Origin: Microbacteriaceae bacterium
Lineage (GTDB): Bacteria > Actinomycetota > Actinomycetes > Actinomycetales > Microbacteriaceae
Assembly: GCA_965660355.1 (NCBI GenBank)
Contig: CBFHZN010000003.1
Coordinates: 40,211-104,210, forward strand
DNA length: 64,000 nt
Direction of reading: 5' to 3'
The position numbers and the translations under genes were made by a program. Below the pieces are notes generated by a model that searched no databases, was not told the origin of the DNA, and saw only the letters and a list, made by a program, of their open reading frames with translations. The first letter of the stretch is position 1; every line of letters begins with the position of its first letter. Shown here piece by piece: positions 44,192-52,542 of this stretch.

Positions 44192-46309
44192 TTAAAATGT
44201 GGGTAAATTTAATACTTTTAATCGGGTTTTCCAAAGATCTAGTATTTCTTCTTTTTCTTGGGGGGTAATATCTTGGGAATTTAAGTATGTATTTATTACA
44301 TCTTTAAATGGTACTTTCTCTTTTTTGGCTCTAAAATACATACCTTGTAAATTAGCATCTATTTCTTTCTCTAATTTGAAGTATTGGTCAGGTGATAATA
44401 ATTTTGAATTTATAAGTTGACGAATTAAAATATCATCCTCCATAAATTTATTAGGTTTTAAGTTGGAACCCTCTCCTTGAGTTAAATGTTCTATCTCATG
44501 ACGGATTACATCTTTAAGACCCATTGAAACTTCACTCCATGATTCTGGGAGGGTATTTGGGTCTATTTCAAATCGTACTTGTATCCAATCTTCTTCATTA
44601 TCTGCACCTCCATCAATATCTAATTTTTGTGGGAGATTTGGAGTAAAAGTTAAATAAGCATCCACCTCTACTTCTATATCTCTTGTTGAATATTCACCTT
44701 TGTATATTGATTCTTGTCTTTCTCCACTATCAAAATCACTTTTCCACTTTTTAAAGATGTCTGAGGATATAGTGTTTGATATTTTATCGTAGCGTCCTTC
44801 CATTAGGGTATCTTCCTCAAATAATTCTCTTATAAATTGGTTTATCCCAAATGGATCTTTTTGTTTTTTTTCTTGGAAATTATCGGTCCAATTTCTAAAT
44901 GTCATTGTACCCTTTAAATTAGCTTCTTCCTCAAGTTTATTTAAATGGTCATCTTCTTGTGTGTTTGTAGTAGATATTTCTCCTAATCTTCCTTCTATAT
45001 TTTGAATATGGTGGATCATTTCATGTGAAAAACTTCTAACTACATCTTTTGGATGTCTTCCTTCAGTATACAATACTATTTCTTTGGTGTTGGGGTTATA
45101 GTATGCGGTTTTTCCTAAAAAATTCCCTGCATTTTCTTTATCTCCATGTTTAAAAACAACTTTAGGTAAAGGTTTTATATTCATGTCTTTAGAAAGCATG
45201 TATTTAGTTAAATCCTTTATTTGCTGTTTATAATCTATATAATCTGAATAGGTAGTATTTTCATTTAATCCTATTAGTGTGTAATTAGGCTCATTTGGGA
45301 TTGTTTTAGGTTTTAATATGTTGTTTATTTTTATTGTATCTCCCTCTATAGAAATGTCAAAATCTGAGGGGGAGATATTACTATAATAATTTTTATAGTA
45401 TTCTATCCTATTAAAGTTAGTAGTTTCTTCTAATAACTCATCCTTAAATTTTGAAGGAAGTGTTGAAAATTTTCCTTTAGATATTTTATTAGTTAACCAC
45501 CCCAATAAAGTAGTACCTGAGGCTCCTAATATTGGAAATGTTACTGCTATTCCACTAGATTTGAGAATGTCATTAAAATTTCTTTTAAGCTTTTCTTTTT
45601 CCTCATCTGTCATATTTTGTTTTTGAAGATATTTTAAAGCTAAAGATTTAAACCCTCTAAAATCATTTTTTTGAGAAGTAAAAGCATTTTTAAATTTTTG
45701 GGTTAGGACTTTTAACTTATTAGAGTTGATTTCATTTAAAGTACCAGATGTTAAAATGCTCCAAATTTTTAACTTATCATCCTCAGATACCTCAGCGGGT
45801 AAAAAGTTTTTAAAATCATTATAATCCCCATTCATTAATGATAAACGAGCACCTGTTCCACTTACTTTAAAATCACTATCAAAAATTATAGGTTTAAAAT
45901 TATCATATTTTCCTTTTAAAGAATCAAATCTTTTTATATCCTCTAAATCTTGTTCCCCTCTTACCCCTACTACCGGGAAATAAAAGTTATTAGGGTTGTT
46001 TTTAATTATTGAGTTAACATCACCTATTGGGGATGGTTTTTCTGAAATTTTTATTTTTACTTTTGATGGAAGGTATTTTTTATATATCTCCCATATTTTA
46101 AAGCTTTTTTCCTTGCTAATTCCATCTCTTATTCCATGTCCTATTAAAACTATTACCTCATCTAACTCATCTCTTTTTGCAATCTCTAAAGTTATATAGA
46201 AATGTCCTAGAGTAGGTGGTTTAAACCCCCCAGGTATAAGTGCTATATTTTTTGGGGAATTATCTTCTTCCAAAAAAGGTTGTATGAGTTCTTGGATGAA
46301 TTTACCCAT
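44192..46309 (-). CDS. Multidomain protein: N-terminal cytidylyl/adenylyltransferase-fold (NMNAT-like) domain plus a C-terminal region with two HExxH motifs
   Basis: 705 aa. GGFKPPTLGHF ((H/T)xGH) and VSGTGAR (ISSTxxR-like) in the first 160 aa or so. HEMIHH and HEIEH lie downstream. A hydrophobic segment GIAVTFPILGASGTTLLGWL sits between them. Confidence 0.5.
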   Translation of the reverse strand: MGKFIQELIQPFLEEDNSPKNIALIPGGFKPPTLGHFYITLEIAKRDELDEVIVLIGHGIRDGISKEKSFKIWEIYKKYLPSKVKIKISEKPSPIGDVNSIIKNNPNNFYFPVVGVRGEQDLEDIKRFDSLKGKYDNFKPIIFDSDFKVSGTGARLSLMNGDYNDFKNFLPAEVSEDDKLKIWSILTSGTLNEINSNKLKVLTQKFKNAFTSQKNDFRGFKSLALKYLQKQNMTDEEKEKLKRNFNDILKSSGIAVTFPILGASGTTLLGWLTNKISKGKFSTLPSKFKDELLEETTNFNRIEYYKNYYSNISPSDFDISIEGDTIKINNILKPKTIPNEPNYTLIGLNENTTYSDYIDYKQQIKDLTKYMLSKDMNIKPLPKVVFKHGDKENAGNFLGKTAYYNPNTKEIVLYTEGRHPKDVVRSFSHEMIHHIQNIEGRLGEISTTNTQEDDHLNKLEEEANLKGTMTFRNWTDNFQEKKQKDPFGINQFIRELFEEDTLMEGRYDKISNTISSDIFKKWKSDFDSGERQESIYKGEYSTRDIEVEVDAYLTFTPNLPQKLDIDGGADNEEDWIQVRFEIDPNTLPESWSEVSMGLKDVIRHEIEHLTQGEGSNLKPNKFMEDDILIRQLINSKLLSPDQYFKLEKEIDANLQGMYFRAKKEKVPFKDVINTYLNSQDITPQEKEEILDLWKTRLKVLNLPTF

Positions 46310-47061
46310 TATATAAATTGTTTTATTTTTAATTTAGCACTATCAATAGTATCAAATTTAGGAAGTTGTTTGATGGATGAAGTTATATCACTTATCAACT
46401 CATCAAATTGTTGTTTTGATTTGGCTTTTTGTTCGGGAGTTTTAGGTTTTCCTTTAGCTTTAGAATCCTCAAGGTATGGACGTAATAATTCTATATTAAA
46501 ATCTTTATTAGCATCTTCTGGGTTGTTGTTTATTAGGATAAAGTTATTACCAAATTCTTTCCTATAAGTTTCAATACTTTTATTAACACCTCTCCATGTG
46601 CGTAGTACAATTGAGGGCATTAAGCTTCTTTCACGATTTTTATTTCGCTCTAAAGATACAAGAGGAGAAACATAAATCATTAACATTAAACATTCATACC
46701 CTAAATCCTCTAATTGTTGTTTTTTCTTTAAAATTGGGTTAGGGGCAGCCCCAGTTCCATCAATTATTATATTATTTCTATCCTCTATTGATTTTTCTAA
46801 CTTAGATTGAGTAACTTTACGAGCTTGGGCTTGTAATTTGGCGGCTTGAGAAAGTTCATCAGGGGTAAAGTCTTTTTGCTTTAACCCAATACCACTAGCT
46901 TTAAGCATTTCCTCATAAGTATCATCAGAATTTATAGTTTGAAAATCTTGTGGTAACAAGAGACGATTCATGTATGATTTTCCACTTCCAGCTGGTCCTG
47001 CTAGAAATATAGCTTTAGGTCCTCCTTGAATTTCATTTAGTATTTTTATTAAGCTTATCAT
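46309..47061 (-). CDS. P-loop NTPase/kinase (AAA_33/zeta-like)
   Basis: 250 aa. Walker A GPAGSGKS and IIIDGTG. Confidence 0.5.
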   Translation of the reverse strand: MISLIKILNEIQGGPKAIFLAGPAGSGKSYMNRLLLPQDFQTINSDDTYEEMLKASGIGLKQKDFTPDELSQAAKLQAQARKVTQSKLEKSIEDRNNIIIDGTGAAPNPILKKKQQLEDLGYECLMLMIYVSPLVSLERNKNRERSLMPSIVLRTWRGVNKSIETYRKEFGNNFILINNNPEDANKDFNIELLRPYLEDSKAKGKPKTPEQKAKSKQQFDELISDITSSIKQLPKFDTIDSAKLKIKQFI

Positions 47062-47063
47062 AG

Positions 47064-47073
47064 TTATACATAT
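47064..47073 (-). promoter_or_regulatory. Variant of the 10-mer (TTATACATAT)
   Basis: 2 nt upstream of the ATG at 47061. Same variant as at 4851..4860. Confidence 0.3.
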
Positions 47074-47855
47074 TATAACTTTCGTTTAGCTGTAGTTCTG
47101 AATGAAGTGAATGATGGTTTTTCGTAAGGATTTTCTAGATCAAATAATGTTCTAACTGTTTCAAATATTTTTAAATTTTCCTCTTGTGTGCGGGATGATT
47201 CATACATCTCCCAATTTTTACCAGTCATTTTTTCTTTAGAAGATTTACGTTTAGCAGATTTTAACCATAATATTCCCACTCTATCTGCTTTTTTACCATA
47301 ACATTCCTCATAACATTGAGCATACATAGCACATTGTAAATCATAGGTAGGTTGTAAATGGTTAGATGTTTTAAAATCTATAATCCATAATTCACCTTCA
47401 ATTTCACAAACTAAATCACACGTTCCCGCTACTCTATATTTATCTGAAAAAAGGTGTACTTCTTCCTCAATTAGGGTAGGGTTATATGTTTCCCAAAAAT
47501 CTACAAATCGTAAAAACATTTGCCATACCTCCACATCATATTGTGGATGGTTTTTTTCATTTAAAAATGTTTGTTCCTCTCCTCTAAGGTATGCCTCAAT
47601 TAAATTATGAGTAGCTGTACCTTGCTCACCAGCTTTTTTTACAATATAATCTGCTGCGAATCCAACTTGTTTTAACCATTGCTCAAAATATTTACCTTTT
47701 GGATAAGTTCCTAGAATGTGGGTAATTGAGGGATAATATTCACCATTCCGTTTATAGTAACGAGAATCGGGCATGGTGATTTGTTGATAATCATCTGAGA
47801 TTTTAAGTATTCTATCGTATGAGGTTTTGTAAGTGTTTTTATTTGTTTTTTTCAT
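47073..47855 (-). CDS. PD-(D/E)XK (RecB/Cas4-like) exonuclease
   Basis: 260 aa. ..GTCDLVCEIEGELWIIDFKTS.. followed by QCAMYAQ (QxxxY). Confidence 0.65.
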   Translation of the reverse strand: MKKTNKNTYKTSYDRILKISDDYQQITMPDSRYYKRNGEYYPSITHILGTYPKGKYFEQWLKQVGFAADYIVKKAGEQGTATHNLIEAYLRGEEQTFLNEKNHPQYDVEVWQMFLRFVDFWETYNPTLIEEEVHLFSDKYRVAGTCDLVCEIEGELWIIDFKTSNHLQPTYDLQCAMYAQCYEECYGKKADRVGILWLKSAKRKSSKEKMTGKNWEMYESSRTQEENLKIFETVRTLFDLENPYEKPSFTSFRTTAKRKL

Positions 47856-48787
47856 ATAAGTGAAAGTTTTTTCTCCATAAGTTTATAAGATGTTAATGGA
47901 GAAACATTTTGTATAAGTTTTGTGAAATTTTCAAAACCTAACTCACTTGGATCTTTTCCAGGTAATTCAACTAAATATACTTCTTTTCCTAAGTTTAGGA
48001 GGTTTTCACAGAAGTTTAAAGCTTTATTTATTGCATCATTATCTAAAGCAATATATATTTTTTGTACTTTAGAGGTAACAATTTTTTTCATTAATTCATT
48101 TTGAATATTTTTCCCAAATAGTGGGATAGCATTTCTTTTTATAGCAATAGCATCAAAAGGACCTTCACATAATATTATAGGTAAATCCCAATTAATAAAC
48201 AATTCAAACGGTATAATATCTCGGGAAACATCCGGGTTACGATATTTTACGTAAGGATCTTTTTCAATTGATCTTGCGGTAAAATAATTTAATTTCCCTT
48301 CACTATCATATGAAGGAATTACTATCATATTTGAATATGTTCCGGTTTCACAATATTTTATATTGTATTTAACTATATCAGGTTTTGTAATCCCACGTTT
48401 TTTTAAATAAGCAAGTGAATGGCGGGCTGTAAGGGTAGTATTCCCTACTAGAGATTTAATTTCCTTGGGAAGTTCTAAAATAGGGGTGGTGGGGGAGATA
48501 TTTTTATAGTAGCTTTCGGATACATTCTTTACTAATCTGGATAGTTCAGTAAAGTATGATGGGTCAGCTTTTATTTGTTTAAAAAGGGATTTTAAGGTTT
48601 TGCCTTTTTTATCACAAGACCAACAATGCCATGGGTTATAACCTTCTGTATTTTCAGTTAAGTTGACTTCTAATTTGGGTTTGTGGTGGTTACAAAATGG
48701 ACAGTTATATGCTTGGTTACCTTTAGAGGTACGTTTTCCTGCTCCTAGGAGTTTGTCAGTTAAATTTACTAATAACTCATTTATCAT
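47852..48787 (-). CDS. DNA primase (zinc ribbon + Toprim, DnaG/T7-type)
   Basis: 311 aa. CPFC..(about 25 aa)..CWSC zinc ribbon, plus Toprim motifs ILCEGPFDAIA and ALDNDA. Confidence 0.75.
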   Translation of the reverse strand: MINELLVNLTDKLLGAGKRTSKGNQAYNCPFCNHHKPKLEVNLTENTEGYNPWHCWSCDKKGKTLKSLFKQIKADPSYFTELSRLVKNVSESYYKNISPTTPILELPKEIKSLVGNTTLTARHSLAYLKKRGITKPDIVKYNIKYCETGTYSNMIVIPSYDSEGKLNYFTARSIEKDPYVKYRNPDVSRDIIPFELFINWDLPIILCEGPFDAIAIKRNAIPLFGKNIQNELMKKIVTSKVQKIYIALDNDAINKALNFCENLLNLGKEVYLVELPGKDPSELGFENFTKLIQNVSPLTSYKLMEKKLSLI

Positions 48788-48811
48788 AACCCTTAATATA
48801 ATAATTTTACT

Positions 48812-49252
48812 TTATACTTCCAAGTCTTTTTTATAGAACTTTCCTAGTATATTTGAATTTAACCATTCATCAGACTCTAATACATTGTACATAAATTGAT
48901 ATTTACACTCAAAATACGTAAGTAATTTTTTATTATCAACAAATTTTATAATTTCTCTAGTAAATTCCTCTTGTTTTTTTTCTTTTATAATGGATTTTAT
49001 ATATTCTTCTGACCCATAATATGTTTTCCAATCAGATTCCTTCTGGATTGTTTCTGTTGTTGGTCTTCTGCCTCTCCCTGTTTGTTCAGATAATTGTTTT
49101 TTGGTTAGTTTCTTTTTAATATTGTGGAAGAGGGACTTTTTCCCTAAATATTTTTTACCTGTGGGGGTGTGGGTTGTGATGTATATAAAACCAAAAGTAC
49201 CTTTTGGGATTTGTTCTAAATTTTCTATTTTAGTATTGTTGTATAACCACAT
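48812..49252 (-). CDS. GIY-YIG-like domain protein (weak)
   Basis: 146 aa. GFIYITTHTPTGKKYLGKK fits the GIY..(10 aa)..YIG spacing. Confidence 0.35.
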   Translation of the reverse strand: MWLYNNTKIENLEQIPKGTFGFIYITTHTPTGKKYLGKKSLFHNIKKKLTKKQLSEQTGRGRRPTTETIQKESDWKTYYGSEEYIKSIIKEKKQEEFTREIIKFVDNKKLLTYFECKYQFMYNVLESDEWLNSNILGKFYKKDLEV

Positions 49253-49260
49253 AATTTTAA

Positions 49261-49869
49261 TTAAAAGATATTAGAGGAGGAGATATTAGTTGTAGTTACT
49301 TGGGTATTCCAAACCTCACTGTATCCTAAAACTGAAATTCTTGTTTCTGGGGATAATGAATCAAAAGTTATAGAGAATCCTGAGGAGGCTGTTAGTAATG
49401 ATCCTGTGGTCATATCTTTTATGCTCCCATATATATTGCTAGCCGCAGGGGTTTCTAAGATAAACCTAGCTTCAGATACAGGTGGTCTTGGGTTTATGAA
49501 TATAATATTATAACTTTCACCTGAGAGGGATGAGGTTGGGAGGGTGATTTTACAAAAATCCAACCCAGTGAACGATCCAGTAATATCCAATGCCAATGTT
49601 CCTCCTGAGGATATGTAATCAGTTAGGGGGAATGTAATGGAGGATGTTACTTGGAGGGTATTATATGTTGGGGGAGAATATAGAGCATATGATGCTGAAA
49701 TATTATTTATTACTCCTGCAGAGCCTGTTATTTCTGTAACTGTTAATGACCCACTTATTGATAAATTGTAATCATCCAACCCACTTAAGGCATCTATTAA
49801 TTGAGTTATGTGTGATGGTTCTATAATGGAATTTGTTAGAATTTCACTTTTATTTAAATTTTTACTCAT
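49261..49869 (-). CDS. Ser/Thr-rich virion structural protein (baseplate/fibre module)
   Basis: 202 aa ORF at the downstream end of the structural block. Confidence 0.5.
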   Translation of the reverse strand: MSKNLNKSEILTNSIIEPSHITQLIDALSGLDDYNLSISGSLTVTEITGSAGVINNISASYALYSPPTYNTLQVTSSITFPLTDYISSGGTLALDITGSFTGLDFCKITLPTSSLSGESYNIIFINPRPPVSEARFILETPAASNIYGSIKDMTTGSLLTASSGFSITFDSLSPETRISVLGYSEVWNTQVTTTNISSSNIF

Positions 49870-49873
49870 TTTA

Positions 49874-50776
49874 TTATAAATCTAGGTTAACTATTATATT
49901 TGTATCTGTTGTTGGTGATGTAGGTAAGGGTTGTGATAATTTTGCAATTGCTATTAATTCTCCATCATTATTATGTAAACCTATAGAAGTTACAAATGGG
50001 GAGAAGTGTCCTTCAGTTATATATGGTTTTAAGTTTCCTTCACTAATACTCCCAGTTATTACTGTTGGATTATGTGTTAAATTAAACTCATTCTCCCTAA
50101 TAGTACATTTATATTGAGTTTCATATATTGTTAAAGAACTCTTAAATGAAAGTAGGGTGGGATTTTCTATAAATTGAGTATATGTATTAAGTATATTTTG
50201 AGGTGGGAGAGAAATTAAATTTAAAATACATATCCCATGTTCATATATTATATTTCCAACTAATGACCCACTATTATATAATCTCCCCTCACCATCATCC
50301 TCTATAACACCATCAGAGGATTCTAATATAAAAGTATTTGGGGTAATATATTCTCCAAAAATGTTTGAAGGGATTGATATTACCCCTATTTGGTTTCCTG
50401 ATCCTGTAGGGAATGTTCTATGGGGAGGAAGGGTAGTTGTTAAATAATTTTGGTAATTGGTAGTATTTTCTCCTCCTACTATAGTATTATCAGTATTGAA
50501 TATTATTAATTCTGCAGGGTTACCATCTAAGTTTTCAGTAAAATTTGAGTAGTATAGATGCTCTATTGATTTGTATACTAAATATGTATTTTGTTGGGTT
50601 ATATATCCTGTTAAATTTGTGTTGGGTGCAAATAAAGTTGGGGGGGTATTAGTCCCTATAAAAATGTCTATCCCCGAACCTGTTATTTCTGTAAGACTTT
50701 CATAACTAAAAGTTTTATTGAGTTTAAAAGGTGTTGTTGAAATGTCAGAAGTAGTAAAAGGTTTGAAGAAACTCAT
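49874..50776 (-). CDS. Structural protein, paralog of 50780..51787
   Basis: 300 aa. Shared C-terminus IGLHNNDGELIAIAKLSQPL...IIVNLDL versus VGLYNDKNELLAVAKLSRPI...IRIKLDF. Confidence 0.55.
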   Translation of the reverse strand: MSFFKPFTTSDISTTPFKLNKTFSYESLTEITGSGIDIFIGTNTPPTLFAPNTNLTGYITQQNTYLVYKSIEHLYYSNFTENLDGNPAELIIFNTDNTIVGGENTTNYQNYLTTTLPPHRTFPTGSGNQIGVISIPSNIFGEYITPNTFILESSDGVIEDDGEGRLYNSGSLVGNIIYEHGICILNLISLPPQNILNTYTQFIENPTLLSFKSSLTIYETQYKCTIRENEFNLTHNPTVITGSISEGNLKPYITEGHFSPFVTSIGLHNNDGELIAIAKLSQPLPTSPTTDTNIIVNLDL

Positions 50777-50779
50777 TTA

Positions 50780-51787
50780 TTAAAAATCTAATTTTATCCT
50801 AATTAAAGATTCTTTAGTAAAATCCTTTAATATTGGACGTGATAGTTTAGCAACCGCTAATAATTCATTTTTATCATTGTATAGCCCAACAGTTGTTATA
50901 TACGTTTGAGGATTATTTATATAGTTTGGATATATTACTTCACCTGTACTTGTGATAAATGAAGGATTTTCAGTATAATTGAATTCTGAATTTCTTGAGC
51001 GAATGAATATGTAATCAGAAGATATAGTTTCTTTGGAGTTTAATGAAAAATCTCCTCCCCCACTTATAGCTGTAAATAAGGTTTGTTGGTTTGTTGAATT
51101 TAATATACCTAAAGATCTATCCGCAACTAAACCTATACTTTCTTCTATAGCCTCGGGGTTTAATAGTATTGTTCCTAGTTCTGGGAATAGTAAACCATAT
51201 GATCCTGAATTTGGAACATATCCCCCACCGGGAATTGCTGATCCATTTGATCCTGATACTATTTGGAATACTCTGGAGGTTCCAATAAATTGGTTTATGG
51301 TAGCATCTTGAGAGTTATCTGTAAGATTTAGTATTCCTCCAGATCCGGATAATGTTAAATTTAGAGATCCTGGGAATATTGATTCTTTGTATCTTGCTCT
51401 ATCAATTGAGATTGCCCAAAAATGAGAACCTGTAATGAGGTTTGTATTATCACCAAAAATAAATTCCCCATTCTCATCTTCTAATATCAAAGATCTATAT
51501 TGACCATAGGTTGATCTTGTAGGAGTATTTCCTGGTACTGCTCCATTATATACTGTTCCTCCTCCCCCTGTAATATCTCCATATGCTATGCTAAATTGAG
51601 ATTGGGCTGTTGGTTCTAGAGACCCAGTATTATATACTGAAAGGTAGAAGTTCCCTGATGATCCTCCTAATTGTGTGGATGAGGTGAAAAATTGGTTTAG
51701 GGTTGGTTGATCATAAGACCATAGGGTAGAGGTTATAGCATCACTACTTACTACTAAATCTTCAGGATCTAATCTTTTAAAGCTCAT
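50780..51787 (-). CDS. Structural protein, paralog of 49874..50776
   Basis: 335 aa. See the paralog entry. Confidence 0.55.
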   Translation of the reverse strand: MSFKRLDPEDLVVSSDAITSTLWSYDQPTLNQFFTSSTQLGGSSGNFYLSVYNTGSLEPTAQSQFSIAYGDITGGGGTVYNGAVPGNTPTRSTYGQYRSLILEDENGEFIFGDNTNLITGSHFWAISIDRARYKESIFPGSLNLTLSGSGGILNLTDNSQDATINQFIGTSRVFQIVSGSNGSAIPGGGYVPNSGSYGLLFPELGTILLNPEAIEESIGLVADRSLGILNSTNQQTLFTAISGGGDFSLNSKETISSDYIFIRSRNSEFNYTENPSFITSTGEVIYPNYINNPQTYITTVGLYNDKNELLAVAKLSRPILKDFTKESLIRIKLDF

Positions 51788-51797
51788 TTAATTTATT

Positions 51798-52394
51798 TTA
51801 ATTAGTTTGTGTTATGGTTAATGGAATTGTAATTCGTGCTCCACTATCAATACCTACAAAGGTAATAGTAGTGCTTATTTGTGGGTTAGAATTGAATAAG
51901 GTATTTATAGTAGTAGCCCTTAAATTTATTTGAGTTCCTTTTACTGTACGAGATACCTCTGTACCTAATGTAGATGTAGAAGTAATATCAGCCTCATTTA
52001 TTGGGTCAGTATCTAATCCTACTCCAGTAAATGTTCCCAATAATCTAACATCCGCTATAGTTGCTGTGTATCCACTGTTTTCAAATATTTGAGAGTTACC
52101 TAAATAATTTAAGGTTTGTGGTGTTATGGCTAAAGATGCCCCTTGTTGTAAAGTAATTGCAGCATATCCTAAATCTAAAACCGGAAGTTTTGCGGTTCCT
52201 CTAGGTAATGTTACTAATTTATATTTCATAATTTGGGTTTCATCAGGAAATGCTTCTAATAAGGGCATATTATTTATAGCTTCTCCGTAAAATGATGATC
52301 CGGAAGGGTGAGTGGGGTTATATAATGTATAATCTATCTCATCATCACTTAATGAAAATTGGGTGATACGGAATGACCCATCATTTTTGGCCAT
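51798..52394 (-). CDS. Structural protein; true start may lie upstream (frame open to 52472)
   Basis: 198 aa from the ATG. 26 in-frame sense codons precede it with no ATG/GTG/TTG. Confidence 0.5.
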   Translation of the reverse strand: MAKNDGSFRITQFSLSDDEIDYTLYNPTHPSGSSFYGEAINNMPLLEAFPDETQIMKYKLVTLPRGTAKLPVLDLGYAAITLQQGASLAITPQTLNYLGNSQIFENSGYTATIADVRLLGTFTGVGLDTDPINEADITSTSTLGTEVSRTVKGTQINLRATTINTLFNSNPQISTTITFVGIDSGARITIPLTITQTN

Positions 52395-52530
52395 TAACTC
52401 TCTTCCTTTTTTGGTTAATATAGCATCTACTGTTACTACTTGATTATTTAAATATCCGATGATTTCTAGGTTTTATATGTTAATAATATGTTTAAAATTT
52501 ACTTATTTTAATATGTGGTTCTAATATATG

Positions 52531-52540
52531 TTATAAATAT
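52531..52540 (-). promoter_or_regulatory. Conserved 10-mer TTATAAATAT (plus)
   Basis: Exact copy just downstream of the 817-aa gene stop and upstream of 51798..52394. Confidence 0.4.
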
Positions 52541-52542
52541 AA

